A DNA stretch of 64,000 nt from Bacteroidales bacterium (GCA_003559855.1 PWJZ01000047.1:32876-96875); one strand, 5' to 3'; positions 50,284 to 61,368 are shown, counted from the stretch's first letter. A program made the numbers and translations. The notes: a model not told the origin generated them from the letters alone.

Positions 50284-51219
50284 CTATTTACTTAAATCCA
50301 TCATTTTTTTTATCGGTTCATAGGCTTTTTTCAAAAGCTCTTTATTCATATTAATTTCAAATTTTTCTTCTTCCAGACTGTATAAAACCTTTTCCATGGT
50401 AATTTTTTTCATATGATGACAATCATTGCAGTTACAATTTTCCTCTGAAGGCACTATGATAAACTCCTTTTCGGGTGAATGCTTTTTCATTTGATGTTTT
50501 ATTCCCGTTTCTGTTGCAACGATAAATATTTTTTCTTTTGATTTTTTGGTATAGTTAAGTAAAGCCGATGTCGAACCTATAAAATCGGCCATAGCCAATA
50601 TCTGTGCTTTACATTCCGGATGAGCTATCAGGGGCGCTTCAGGATATTCCTCTTTTAATTTTAACACCTTTTCTACAGTAAGAATATCATGAATTTCGCA
50701 TGTTCCGTTCCATAATATCATGTCTCTTCCTGTAATATTGTTGATATATGCTCCAAGATTTTTATCTGGTGCAAATATTAATTTTTCATCTTTGCCGAAA
50801 GTATTTACTATATCAACGGCATTGCTTGAAGTGCAAATTATATCTGATAAAGCTTTTATTTCGGCCGTACAATTTATATAGCTGATTACTTTATGATCAG
50901 GGTATTTTTCCTTGAACTTTTTAAAGTCTTCAGGCGGGCAGGACTCGGCAAGCGAACATCCGGCTTCAGTATCAGGTATCAATACTTTTTTCTCCGGTGA
51001 TAATATCTTTGCTGTTTCAGCCATGAAATATACACCACAAAATACGATCATATCAGCTTTGTTATCAAGCGAGCTCTTTGCCAAGGCCAAACTGTCACCA
51101 ATATTATCAGCTATGTCTTGTATTTCAGGAATCTGATAATAATGTGCCAGTATTATTGCATTTTTTCTTTTCTTTAATCCGAGGATCTTATTTTTAATAC
51201 TTTTATTATTTGTTGACAT
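50284..51219 (-). CDS. nadA: quinolinate synthase
   Basis: 311 aa. AHYYQ..EIQDIAD, FCGVYFMAETAK and HPEC motifs, with conserved Cys residues for the 4Fe-4S cluster. Confidence 0.93.
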   Translation of the reverse strand: MSTNNKSIKNKILGLKKRKNAIILAHYYQIPEIQDIADNIGDSLALAKSSLDNKADMIVFCGVYFMAETAKILSPEKKVLIPDTEAGCSLAESCPPEDFKKFKEKYPDHKVISYINCTAEIKALSDIICTSSNAVDIVNTFGKDEKLIFAPDKNLGAYINNITGRDMILWNGTCEIHDILTVEKVLKLKEEYPEAPLIAHPECKAQILAMADFIGSTSALLNYTKKSKEKIFIVATETGIKHQMKKHSPEKEFIIVPSEENCNCNDCHHMKKITMEKVLYSLEEEKFEINMNKELLKKAYEPIKKMMDLSK

Positions 51220-51767
51220 TATCTAAAGAATTATTTTTTTAAAAAGATGTTGTTGTTATTATATATTGTTAATTGGTTAAAAAAATGAAGCTGAAAAACT
51301 TGATTATATTAATTTTTAAATTTAATCAACAGACAATTAACGATTATCATTAACAGAAATTATTTATTTATAATGAATTAGGTTAATTATCAACAGTTGT
51401 TAAAATGGTTGATTGCTGATAAAATATTAGTTTTAAACAGCGTTTTTTATATGCCGGATTGTTAGTTTTTTGTTTATATAATTTAATAAATTTTGCTGTT
51501 TTTATATTGCAAATTTGATAAAAATAATTATAAGAATCATAAAATTGATTTTGCAAATTTATTTATTAAAAACTTTCATCATTTTTTACCGGGTTATTAA
51601 CAAACTACCTGTTAAAAAAATAATTGGCTGAAAGTTATTGAAATTAAAGTATATAACCAATCATTCACTTTTTTTTTAACTTTTGCAATTCTTTTGATTT
51701 TTTTAAAAAAACATACATTTTATTTATATTTTTGCTTAAGTATTAAACATTAAAAAAGATACCTTCA

Positions 51768-52211
51768 ATGAGTATCAATAAAAAGAAAATAGCTATAGGA
51801 TCTGATCATGCTGGTTTTAGTATGAAGGAACATATAAAGAACGAGTTGGTGCTGCAGGGTTACCTTGTTACTGATTATGGGACAAATTCGGAGGATTCGG
51901 TAGATTATCCTGATTATGTTCATCCGGTTGCAATTGGTGTAGAAAACGGTATATTTGAAAGGGCTGTGATTTTATGCGGCAGCGGCAACGGGGTTAATAT
52001 GACAGCCAACAAGTACCGGCTGGTTCGTTCGGCATTATGCTGGAACGAAGAAATAGCAAGGCTTGCCAGGTTACACAATGATGCCAATATTTTGGCTCTT
52101 CCCGCTAGGTTCATAAGCAATGATGAAGCCGTTAAAATTCTGAAAGTGTTTCTTAATACTGAATTTGAAGCAGGGCGTCATACTATCCGGGTTGAAAAGA
52201 TCGGCAGGTGA
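51768..52211 (+). CDS. rpiB: ribose 5-phosphate isomerase B
   Basis: 147 aa; IAIGSDHAGF, LCGSGNGVNMTANK. Confidence 0.92.
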   Translation: MSINKKKIAIGSDHAGFSMKEHIKNELVLQGYLVTDYGTNSEDSVDYPDYVHPVAIGVENGIFERAVILCGSGNGVNMTANKYRLVRSALCWNEEIARLARLHNDANILALPARFISNDEAVKILKVFLNTEFEAGRHTIRVEKIGR

Positions 52212-52239
52212 AAACAACGATAACTATATAAGGGTTTTT

Positions 52240-53610
52240 ATGGAAAGTCCGGCAAGCAAGTTTTTAAAAGATGGTGAGGCTAAATCTTTTGACAGAAAAC
52301 ACCGCTTAACGATAAAATATAATATTTCTCGTTACAATGCATCTGTTGCGAAAGGCTTACAACAATTCGAAGATTTGCCTTCGGCAACAAAGAAAGCAGC
52401 CCTGATCAAACACAAAGTACTGGAAAATCTTGACAACTATCTTTTGAATTTTGAACGGAACTTCAAAAAAAACGGAGGTACCGTTTATTGGGCTTCCGAT
52501 AGCAGCGATGCATCGGCTGCTATCGGAAAAATTCTTAAAAACGGTAATGTTAACCTGGTGGTTAAATCGAAATCGATGACCACCGAAGAAACGGGTGTTG
52601 TCCCTTATCTTGAGGCTAATGGTATTGAAGCCGTGGAGACCGATCTTGGTGAATATATCGTACAGATATCGGGTGATAAGCCTTATCATATAGTAACCCC
52701 TGTTATGCACCGATCGGCATTGGAAATTGCCGAAATATACCATAATAAGTTCGGTTTGTCGCCTGACAGTACACCCGGGCAGATAACGGCCTTTACACGT
52801 AGTAAGCTTAGAAAGAAATTTTTGGAAGCCGGTGCATGCATAACAGGGGCAAATTTTCTGATTGCCGATACGGGCTCTGTGGTATTGACCGAAAATGAAG
52901 GTAATGGTGTAATGTCATTTTCATGGGCGCCGATACATATTATTCTTGCAGGAATTGAAAAAATTATTCCTTCACTGGAGGATCTGAATTTGTTTCTTCC
53001 TCTTTTGGCATCACGTGGTACGGGGCAAATGCTGACAGTGTATAATTCTATTGTCAGCGGCCAGGGTCAGCAATTGCAAAAAAGCGATTTTTCAGCTGCC
53101 CGTACATATGTTATTCTGCTCGACAACGGGCGAACAAACCTTTTACGTACTTTGCCGCAACGAAGAGCTTTATCTTGTATAAGATGCGGAGCCTGCCTTA
53201 ACGTATGTCCGGTATATAAAAACATTGGCGGACACTCATACGCAACGGTATATTCAGGCCCTATCGGTGCCGTGATTACTCCTCACCTGAAAAATTTCCG
53301 GGATTATATGCATCTTAGCTACGCATCTTCTTTGTGTGGTAAATGCAGCGAAGTATGTCCGGCAGGAATAAACCTGCACCAATTGTTGCTTCATAATCGT
53401 AACTATGCCGTAAAAAACCGCCATATACCCCGTATGGAAAGGATTGCAATATTTGCCTGGAAAAAGACGATGATGAACAGAAAACTTATTGATAAACCGC
53501 CATATGCAATGAAGAAAATGTTTTTCAACAAAGCAGTGCAAAAATTATGGGGCAAAAGACGCAGCGTGCCGGAAATAAAGAAAAATTCGTTTAGGCTGGA
53601 TAAATTCTGA
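52240..53610 (+). CDS. LutB-like iron-sulfur protein (LUD domain plus two 4Fe-4S ferredoxin motifs)
   Basis: CIRCGACLNVCP and CGKCSEVCP motifs; LUD-type N-terminal region. ATG 52240 avoids the 47-nt overlap with rpiB implied by the track start 52165. Confidence 0.78.
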   Translation: MESPASKFLKDGEAKSFDRKHRLTIKYNISRYNASVAKGLQQFEDLPSATKKAALIKHKVLENLDNYLLNFERNFKKNGGTVYWASDSSDASAAIGKILKNGNVNLVVKSKSMTTEETGVVPYLEANGIEAVETDLGEYIVQISGDKPYHIVTPVMHRSALEIAEIYHNKFGLSPDSTPGQITAFTRSKLRKKFLEAGACITGANFLIADTGSVVLTENEGNGVMSFSWAPIHIILAGIEKIIPSLEDLNLFLPLLASRGTGQMLTVYNSIVSGQGQQLQKSDFSAARTYVILLDNGRTNLLRTLPQRRALSCIRCGACLNVCPVYKNIGGHSYATVYSGPIGAVITPHLKNFRDYMHLSYASSLCGKCSEVCPAGINLHQLLLHNRNYAVKNRHIPRMERIAIFAWKKTMMNRKLIDKPPYAMKKMFFNKAVQKLWGKRRSVPEIKKNSFRLDKF

Positions 53611-53798
53611 TCTTAAGAAGAATATTTTTCATGCAAAACAGGCTCAAAATTTTACAATGCTTGCCCGGCATAATGAAAGATTCTTAGTGCAACTCAGTAC
53701 CCTATAAAATTCTTTTTGATATTATCTTTTTTGAGCTTGGAGGTTCAGCTTTTCCCAACACTTTGAGGCAGGGAGTGAATTGTAAGATAAATACTGTT

Positions 53799-54701
53799 TT
53801 ACTGGCAGAACCTTGTTAAGACCGACTTTACCGAATTAAGATATCCGCCGCCAAAGAGATTAACATGTACAATAAGCGGATAAAGGTTGCAGATCTCGAC
53901 AGCCTCGCGCCAGTTTTTTTCGAGGGGATGGGATTCGTTGTATGCTTCGTAAAACTTGTGACTGAAGCCACCAAAAAGCTTCGACATGCCCAGGTCCATT
54001 AGCCTGTGTCCGTAATAGACAGCAGGGTCTATGATGCAGGCCTTACCTTCGGCTGAAACCATATAATTGCCGCTCCAAAGGTCACCATGCAGCAACGAAG
54101 GCTTCTCTACCGGAAAAAAATCGTCAAGATGCCGGTACATCGATCGGAAATTCTTTATCGTTGAGTGGTCAATACGGTTGTTATCCAATGCCAAAGCTAT
54201 TTGCCTCTCTAATCGCTCCTCTATGAAAAAACTTGTCCAGTCGCTATGTGGTTTATTACTTTGTGGTATGCTGCCAATGTAATTGTCATGATCAAGCCCG
54301 AAATGATCACTGTTATGATTATGAAGCCGCGATAAGGAATTACTAAAATCTTCCCAAAAACCGGATGCTTTTCCGGAGCTTTTAATGTATTCAAGAACAA
54401 GTACGGTATAATCTTCATCTTCATCATAACCGATAACTTCCGGAATTTTTAACTCTCCGGCATTACGCAGCAGATTAAGACCTTTGGCTTCCTTTTCAAA
54501 CATACCCGGATAAAGACCGGCCTTGTTCCATTTAAGAAAATAATCCCCTTTGGTGGTTATGATTTTCACACTTTGATTGATATCACCGCCACCTACAATT
54601 GAAGATTTTTGTATTTCAGGAGAGCTGCCTATGCTCTTTTGAATTATATTATAGAAAAGAACTTTAATATTTTCAGGAATCATAATATAAGGTTTTATCA
54701 A
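53799..54701 (-). CDS. fructosamine/ketosamine-3-kinase family protein
   Basis: 300 aa; LLHGDLWSGN catalytic loop and IDPAVYYGH motif. Confidence 0.85.
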   Translation of the reverse strand: MIKPYIMIPENIKVLFYNIIQKSIGSSPEIQKSSIVGGGDINQSVKIITTKGDYFLKWNKAGLYPGMFEKEAKGLNLLRNAGELKIPEVIGYDEDEDYTVLVLEYIKSSGKASGFWEDFSNSLSRLHNHNSDHFGLDHDNYIGSIPQSNKPHSDWTSFFIEERLERQIALALDNNRIDHSTIKNFRSMYRHLDDFFPVEKPSLLHGDLWSGNYMVSAEGKACIIDPAVYYGHRLMDLGMSKLFGGFSHKFYEAYNESHPLEKNWREAVEICNLYPLIVHVNLFGGGYLNSVKSVLTRFCQ

Positions 54702-54789
54702 TCTAATAATTACTGTAATTTTAATTCGTGCAAATTTGTGTATGAAAAAAGGCGCTTCCCAAAAAGTCTTTTCCCGGGTTTTTTAGTTT

Positions 54790-55353
54790 TTATTCCTGCA
54801 AAAGTTTAAAATTTTCCAGAACTATATATTCGGGTCCTTCCTTTTTCAAGATTGATTCAAAAAGCTGAAAGTCGTTCACTTTTTGCGTCATGAACTTCTC
54901 TTCGTTGTATTTACTTGTTAAAGCATCAAGAGTGTATAGGTCTTTAATGTGTTTTACCCTGCCGATAGTCAGATGTGGTGAAAAACCTCGCTTTTCCGGT
55001 GTATAGCCTTCTTTTGAGAGGTTTTCGTTAATGTTGTTGTAAAGATGTTTCAATTCTTCATTTTGCTCCAGCCCAAGCCAGATGACCCTTGGAAACCTCG
55101 GGCTGCCAAATGTGCCGCAGGATTTTATTATAATATCAAAAGAAAAAACATCCTCTGAAGATTCTTTAAGTGCCGATTTTATCAGAGGCAATTTCTTTTC
55201 GGGTGTTTCACCGAAAAACTTCAAAGTAATGTGGATGTTTTCGGGGTTTACCCACTTTATTTTTTCGTTTCTGAGTTCATTGCGAAAATCTTCCATGACT
55301 TTTTTAAGCCCGGGATCCGGTTTGATCTTAACGGCTGTGAATAAACGTCGCAT
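54790..55353 (-). CDS. thpR: RNA 2',3'-cyclic phosphodiesterase (2H family, ThpR/LigT-like)
   Basis: Two HxT motifs (HITLKF and HLTIGR) at the spacing expected for 2H phosphoesterases. Confidence 0.85.
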   Translation of the reverse strand: MRRLFTAVKIKPDPGLKKVMEDFRNELRNEKIKWVNPENIHITLKFFGETPEKKLPLIKSALKESSEDVFSFDIIIKSCGTFGSPRFPRVIWLGLEQNEELKHLYNNINENLSKEGYTPEKRGFSPHLTIGRVKHIKDLYTLDALTSKYNEEKFMTQKVNDFQLFESILKKEGPEYIVLENFKLLQE

Positions 55354-55472
55354 TAAATAAGTATTAAAGTTTTTGTATGCTTCACGAAACCTGGTTCAAA
55401 GATCGTAACAGAAGAACATTTTGCAAAAGAATGTCGAAAAAATTTTTTCCGGACCCGTTAATAGAGTTGGAA

Positions 55473-56210
55473 TTACCATACTGGTCCGGGTGTAAATGCC
55501 AGACCGATGTTAAACCCGGGTGCTTTCACGTTTTTTTCGAATCCGCGTTTATAGGTAATATCTGCTATCAACAGATCGTCGAGCAGTATAAACCGTAAAC
55601 CGGCTTGAAAACCGGGGAAATCAAGATTGGTAGTAAACAGCTCGGATAAAAGAAAAATATAATCATGCAATCTGATATCAGACCGTATGCCGTATATAAT
55701 ATTATGATTTTCCGGGTTATCCGTTTTATCGTATATGTATCCAACATTAACATGTAATTCAGAATCATTTCCCAATATTTCACGTGTATAAGGAATATAA
55801 GCATAAAAACCATTCACTGAAAAACGGGGGCTTGCTGTTATTCCTGCTACCAAAGCAAAATTATCGTGCTCTGAAAAAGAAAGATCAGAGGCGTATTTCC
55901 CTTCAAATAACCATGAATTGTGTTTAAAGGACTTTTCCGTATCGAAGCTCATGCCTGCCGATATTTCAAGGTAAGGCAAAGGACTGGTTGCAGGAAGCAA
56001 CCATGATTCGATACTTCCATACCATGTTTCAATTTGGAACGACCGGTAAATGGTTATTCCGGCATCGTCGACTATCATTTGCTGGGCATTAATGGTTTTT
56101 AAGAAAGAGAAAAGCAGTAACAAAACAATGGTAAGTGAATGTTTTATTGAGTGTAACAATGGCTTTTTGCGGGGAAACAGCATTGGGATTATTTGATTTG
56201 TTTTATTCAA
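55473..56210 (-). CDS. putative outer-membrane beta-barrel protein, unknown function
   Basis: Signal peptide (LTIVLLLLFSFLKTINAQQ). Alternating hydrophobic beta-strand pattern with an aromatic C-terminus (GPVW). Confidence 0.45.
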   Translation of the reverse strand: MNKTNQIIPMLFPRKKPLLHSIKHSLTIVLLLLFSFLKTINAQQMIVDDAGITIYRSFQIETWYGSIESWLLPATSPLPYLEISAGMSFDTEKSFKHNSWLFEGKYASDLSFSEHDNFALVAGITASPRFSVNGFYAYIPYTREILGNDSELHVNVGYIYDKTDNPENHNIIYGIRSDIRLHDYIFLLSELFTTNLDFPGFQAGLRFILLDDLLIADITYKRGFEKNVKAPGFNIGLAFTPGPVW

Positions 56211-56565
56211 AATTAAAAGTTTAGTGTGTTTTTCAGATTATTAAAGTTTCCTGTTCAATTTTGCTTGATTTGGAAATTATGCCGGTTTTCATGGCATATA
56301 CACACAAACAGACTGCAAAACGATCATGCAGGCGGCAAAAATAATATTTTTTTTATCAGGATGTTTCAGCTCTGATATAGTAAGATTGTAAAGTGTTAAC
56401 CGTTTAAATTATAAGGAGATATGATAAAGATTTTGAAAATCTCATGCTTAAGCCAACTTTCGGCAACCTGCACTTTTAATCAATGGGGATAATATAATAT
56501 GGTTTTTTAAATGGTCCTGTTCAACAAAAATCAATTAAATTAGCGCTTTAAGAAGGGAGTAATTT

Positions 56566-58791
56566 ATGCAAAAATCACAGATCAACAAATTATACAAAGA
56601 GTCTTGCAATAAGATGCACAGCCGTAAAGTGCTTGACGGCATAAGAATAATACGAAATCTTATATCTGCATCGGGTGAGGAGTATCTTAATGAACAGGTT
56701 GATAAGCATCTTGAGACTTACAGGAATATTTTACGTCATACGTTCATGGACGTTAAGGACCCTGACCGCGTGAAGGTTTATAATTATCTTATTCGTTCGT
56801 TGTTAGAGCTTACCGATGAGTTGTGTGAAAAGTTGCTTACCAAATATGCAGCCGGCAATGTTTATGCTTTAAAGGATCAATTTGACAAGACACGTTCACC
56901 CGAAAGGCTTGAAGCGCTTAACATACTTGAGGCACTTACTTACGACAGCATGCTTGCATCCTCACTGGAGCAGGCAAAAATAGAGGGCAGCCAAAAAGTA
57001 ATGTCGCGCGAAGAAGGCCTGATAAAAGTTTTTAATATTATCTGGCTTACCGACAAATATTCAGAACAAGAGATTAACCTGCTCAATACTGTTTGCGATT
57101 CGAAAAAATTACCCTGGCATGATAAATGTCTGATAGTTAGTGCACTTACCTTAAACCTGTTAAGATATTTTGATATTAATAAATTCATGTTGCTGTTCCG
57201 TTTTGTTGAAAAACAGGAAGAAACAGTATGGCAAAGGGCAATGGTCGGGCTTTTTATGACCTTTTTAAAGTACGACGACAGGTTTTATTTATATCCCTCG
57301 CTGCTGGAACAAACCGAAAAACTGAAAAGTTTTCCCGAAATACAAGAAAATATTGAAGCTATCCTTATTCAGTTTACAAAATCAAGAGAAACCGAAAAGG
57401 TTACACGCAAATGGGAAAAAGACATTATGCCCGAAATTATGAAAATGCGTCCTAAGATTGAAGAGAAGCTTGATCTGGATAATATTTTTAAAGATCCGAT
57501 TTCTGATGCTGAAAATCCGGACTGGGAAACTGTTTTTGAGGATTCACCGGATTTGCTTAACAAGCTTCAGGAATTTACAGAAATGCAAATGGAAGGTATG
57601 GATGTTTTTATGAGTGCTTTTTCACAATTAAAAGGCTTTCCGTTTTTCAGGCAGATAGGAAACTGGCTGATACCATTTTATGCCGAAAACCATTTCCTGC
57701 AACCGGTCATAAACCAACCGGATAAAGATATAGACCTGTCGCCTTTGGTCGAAAAACTCGAAAAAACTTATTTTATGTGCAATTCAGATAAATATTCGTT
57801 TTGCTTTAATCTTAACCTGATACCCGACCAGCAAAAAACCATGATGATGAATATGATGAATGCCGAAATAAAAAATATCAGTGAAATAGAGAAAGACGAG
57901 GATATAGTTAATAGTCTTGCACGGACAAAAAGCATTTATACACAATATTTTCAGGACCTTTACAGGTTTTTCAAGCTTCATCCGTGGAAAAGGGAATTTG
58001 ATGATATTTTCAGTTTTTCCCTGCCATTGCATGAAACCCGGTTTGTCAAAATGTTGGTGAGAGACGAAAAAACCATTCGTAATATCGGAGAGTTTTATTT
58101 TGATAAAAAGTTTTATGATGATGCGCTGAAAGTTTTTCTTGATCTGTTTGATGAAGATAAGAGCAATATTGAGCTTTTTGAAAAGATCGCTTTTTGTTAT
58201 CAGCAAACGGGCAACTTTGAAAAAGCGCTTAATTATTATAAGAAAGCTGATCTGATAGAAACAAACCGCAACTGGATAATACTTAAGATGGCCTTATGTT
58301 GCAAATATCTGAACCGCTGGCAGGAAGCTCTGATGTATTATCGTGATGCTGAAAAAAATGATCCGGAAAACCTTAACATACAGGCAAATATTGGTCAGTG
58401 CCTTATTCATCTTGAAAGCTATGAAGAAGCCCTCGAATATTATTTTAAGGTTGAAGTTCTTGCTCCGGAAAACATTAAGATAAGGAGACCGCTGGCTTGG
58501 TGTTCTTTTGTGATTGGTAAATATGATACTGCAAAAGATTATTTCGAAAGATTGCTGGCTAATAATCCTGATAACAGGTATGACCTGATGAACCTTGCTC
58601 ATGTATGCTGGTCAGTGAAGGATCCGGTAAAAGCTATAGAGCTTTACAAAAAAAGCATAAAAAAATGGGAAAGATTTGAAGATTTCAAAACCTCTTTCAA
58701 TGAAGATCGTAAGCATCTTGAAAATGCCGGAATAAAGCCTTATGATATTGATTTGATGTTGGATTATCTTAAATTGGAAACCGGATTATAA
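56566..58791 (+). CDS. large protein with C-terminal TPR repeats, unknown function
   Basis: 741 aa. About 500 aa have no motif I recognise. TPR-like repeats follow from about residue 510 (FYDDALKVF..., NFEKALNYYKKA..., WQEALMYYRDAEK...). Confidence 0.65.
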   Translation: MQKSQINKLYKESCNKMHSRKVLDGIRIIRNLISASGEEYLNEQVDKHLETYRNILRHTFMDVKDPDRVKVYNYLIRSLLELTDELCEKLLTKYAAGNVYALKDQFDKTRSPERLEALNILEALTYDSMLASSLEQAKIEGSQKVMSREEGLIKVFNIIWLTDKYSEQEINLLNTVCDSKKLPWHDKCLIVSALTLNLLRYFDINKFMLLFRFVEKQEETVWQRAMVGLFMTFLKYDDRFYLYPSLLEQTEKLKSFPEIQENIEAILIQFTKSRETEKVTRKWEKDIMPEIMKMRPKIEEKLDLDNIFKDPISDAENPDWETVFEDSPDLLNKLQEFTEMQMEGMDVFMSAFSQLKGFPFFRQIGNWLIPFYAENHFLQPVINQPDKDIDLSPLVEKLEKTYFMCNSDKYSFCFNLNLIPDQQKTMMMNMMNAEIKNISEIEKDEDIVNSLARTKSIYTQYFQDLYRFFKLHPWKREFDDIFSFSLPLHETRFVKMLVRDEKTIRNIGEFYFDKKFYDDALKVFLDLFDEDKSNIELFEKIAFCYQQTGNFEKALNYYKKADLIETNRNWIILKMALCCKYLNRWQEALMYYRDAEKNDPENLNIQANIGQCLIHLESYEEALEYYFKVEVLAPENIKIRRPLAWCSFVIGKYDTAKDYFERLLANNPDNRYDLMNLAHVCWSVKDPVKAIELYKKSIKKWERFEDFKTSFNEDRKHLENAGIKPYDIDLMLDYLKLETGL

Positions 58792-58860
58792 GTATTTTAC
58801 GGTTGATTTTTTAATGTTTATATGTTTAAATTTACCAATTAAAAGTTAATATTATTTTTT

Positions 58861-60324
58861 ATGAGAATTATAGTAGAACGGAAGCAAGATCGGTTTTATC
58901 CTGACTTTAAGAGGGTAATAATCCGGTTTTTTCATAATGGAGCAGAGCGTACGGGCGATCTGGTGCAAAAGGTCATAGAAATGGAAGAAGAAGATGTTGA
59001 GCTTACTTTGGCTCAGACATTACGTGAATTTGCCAAGCGTCACAGGAACCTTGCAAGGAAATTCAAACAGCATTATGAAAAAGCCAGGGATCTGCTTAAA
59101 GACACATCCATTGATTTTAAGCAATTAAGCGAGGGTAAAAAATTGCTCATAGGCGCATATTGTTCCCTGGAATATTCCATAAAATCGGCAGCTTTTTTTA
59201 ATCCTTCGATGGTTGAGTCGCCTGATCAAACCGAGCTTGAAGAAGGCTCCAAAAGGGTTATAGTCAGTTTCAGGGCTACCGGTGAGGGACATATTTCGAG
59301 TATAGTATTTCATACGGGAGTAATTGACCATAAGGGCGACCTGTATTTTGAAAAATCGGGACACTATGTTGATGAGGCGGAAACGGTCAGGTTGCATACC
59401 TACAACAAAAAAACGTTTATCAACAAGCTTAATGAAATGAAAGTTGACAAGCGCATAATTTCAATGGTAATGCAACCACTGGACGAAAAGTTCATTTACA
59501 GCCGGTTGCTGGAATCCATTAACCATGCTCTTGATAAAAACAATGCTAATGAAGAGACCAAAAGGGCAATAAAAGAGATAATCTGGCTTGCCGATTCGCA
59601 TTATGAGATCAAGTTTTCGCGCGATACTGACATCTCGGAAAGAGTGATATTTCCGATATCACATACTGAACGCAAAGGTATCGAAGATGCGAGGTTTGTA
59701 AGATTTGTTGATGACAACGGGCAGGTCATTTATTATGCTACTTATACTGCATATGACGGTTATGCTATTTTGCCGAAATTGATCTTAACAAAAGATTTTT
59801 ACAATTTTGAAGTTAAGCCGTTGCATGGTGAGGGAGCACAAAACAAAAACCTTGCATTGTTTCCGCGCAAGATCAACGGAAAATACGTGATGTTATCGCG
59901 TATTGACGGTATAAACAGTTATATAGGGTTTTCGGAGAATATAAATGTGTGGGACGAGCCTGTTAAGATCCAGGAACCAAAATATCCGTGGGAATATATT
60001 CAGATCGGGAATTGCGGTGCTCCTGAAGAGACGCCTGACGGATGGCTGGTAATCACTCATGGCGTGGGGCCTATGCGCAGGTATTGCCTCGGTGCAAGCT
60101 TGCTCGACCTTGATAACCCTACAAAAGAAATTGGCAGACTTAAAGATCCTTTACTTATACCAAACGAGGAAGAACGGGAAGGATATGTACCAAATGTTGT
60201 ATATTCATGCGGCGCTATTATCCACAACAACAAAATAATAATTCCTTACGGCCTCTCAGATACAGCATCCGGCTTTATGTCAGTTGATATACAAGAGTTA
60301 TTGAAAAAGCTTGTACCGGTATAG
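58861..60324 (+). CDS. GH130-family glycoside hydrolase/phosphorylase-like protein with about 260-aa N-terminal extension
   Basis: The C-terminal roughly 220 aa show the five-bladed beta-propeller pattern of GH130/DUF377 (EDARFVRF, YYATYTAYDG, NKNLALFPRKINGKYVMLSR, GWLVITHGV, VVYSCGA). Confidence 0.7.
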   Translation: MRIIVERKQDRFYPDFKRVIIRFFHNGAERTGDLVQKVIEMEEEDVELTLAQTLREFAKRHRNLARKFKQHYEKARDLLKDTSIDFKQLSEGKKLLIGAYCSLEYSIKSAAFFNPSMVESPDQTELEEGSKRVIVSFRATGEGHISSIVFHTGVIDHKGDLYFEKSGHYVDEAETVRLHTYNKKTFINKLNEMKVDKRIISMVMQPLDEKFIYSRLLESINHALDKNNANEETKRAIKEIIWLADSHYEIKFSRDTDISERVIFPISHTERKGIEDARFVRFVDDNGQVIYYATYTAYDGYAILPKLILTKDFYNFEVKPLHGEGAQNKNLALFPRKINGKYVMLSRIDGINSYIGFSENINVWDEPVKIQEPKYPWEYIQIGNCGAPEETPDGWLVITHGVGPMRRYCLGASLLDLDNPTKEIGRLKDPLLIPNEEEREGYVPNVVYSCGAIIHNNKIIIPYGLSDTASGFMSVDIQELLKKLVPV

Positions 60325-61329
60325 TCAGATAATTTTTTTATAAACTTCAATGTAATCTTCAGTCATCTTATCGGTTGAAAAATTAGACTCTGCCCATTGA
60401 CGGCAGTAAGCGCGGTTTATGGCTTTCACTTGTGTTATTGCATCAACTGCCTGGTCAATTGAATTTACCAGAAAACCTGTTTTGCCTTTTTTTATCAGCT
60501 CCGGCATTGAACCTTTTTCGAATGCTATAACAGGTGTACCGCAAAACATGCTTTCAGCAACACTGAGCCCGAAAGGTTCATTAAAATTGATCGGATGAAG
60601 CAAAACATATGCTTCTCCAAGAAGCCTGTCACGTTCTTCAGGGCCGGCATTGCCGGTATAAATTATTTGTTCGCCGTCAATAAGCGGTTCTACTTTTTCA
60701 TGGTAATATTCTTCGTCTTGTATATAACCTGCTATTATAAGCTTCTTTTTTGCCTTCAGTGCTATTTCAATTGCCTCACGTGTTCCCTTGTCATGGTGTA
60801 TCCTGCCGAAATATAAAAGATAATCACCGTGTTCTTTGCGAAATGTGAAATTGGCAGGGTCTATTCCATTATACACGTTGGCAATATATTTTAACTGATC
60901 GCTACGGTCGGCATAACTAATTGAAACATAATGGTTTATGTCATTGTATCTCCTGTAAACGGGAATTATTTTCGGAGAAGAGAATCCGTGTATGGTCGTA
61001 ACCATAGGAGTTTTAATAAGCCTTGAATAGGTAAGGGGCAGAAAGTCAAAGTTATTATGAATAATTTCAAATTCATGTGCCTGTTCCATAAGGAGGCTTA
61101 TGTGCATGCATTCCTCAACTTTCGGGTCGAGGCTTTTGTCTTCTTCATATCCTGCTTTACAAATTGACTTGAGCTTTCCCCGTGTAATAGAATCATTTGT
61201 TGCAAACAGTGTGACATCAAAGCATCTTTTCACTAATCCTTCAGTAATGTTTGAGGCAACTTGTTCCCACGGACCATATTTTCGCGGTGGCGTGCGCCAG
61301 GCCACCGGTGCAAGCATTGCTATTTTCAT
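60325..61329 (-). CDS. glycosyltransferase family 4 (GT-B fold)
   Basis: 334 aa; EPFGLSVAESMFCGTPVIAF...GSMPELI...TGFLV (E-x7-E region). Confidence 0.85.
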   Translation of the reverse strand: MKIAMLAPVAWRTPPRKYGPWEQVASNITEGLVKRCFDVTLFATNDSITRGKLKSICKAGYEEDKSLDPKVEECMHISLLMEQAHEFEIIHNNFDFLPLTYSRLIKTPMVTTIHGFSSPKIIPVYRRYNDINHYVSISYADRSDQLKYIANVYNGIDPANFTFRKEHGDYLLYFGRIHHDKGTREAIEIALKAKKKLIIAGYIQDEEYYHEKVEPLIDGEQIIYTGNAGPEERDRLLGEAYVLLHPINFNEPFGLSVAESMFCGTPVIAFEKGSMPELIKKGKTGFLVNSIDQAVDAITQVKAINRAYCRQWAESNFSTDKMTEDYIEVYKKII

Positions 61330-61368
61330 AAACTTGTTTTTCTATATTTTACTGTTTAACAAGAAACA

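Noticed and set aside
51220-51330. NAD+ (nadA-motif) riboswitch upstream of nadA
   Set aside because: The nadA 5' region is almost pure A/T, with none of the conserved C/G-rich stems of the nadA motif.
40478-51767. Possibility that the region contains the chromosomal origin (mnmG/gidA nearby; AT-rich 548-bp spacer with TTATCAACA-like boxes)
   Set aside because: No dnaA or dnaN gene and no cluster of consensus TTATCCACA boxes is present. The only exact box I saw is inside the GH130 gene, at about 60225. There is no consistent strand switch of gene orientation. gidA linkage to oriC is not a rule in Bacteroidota.
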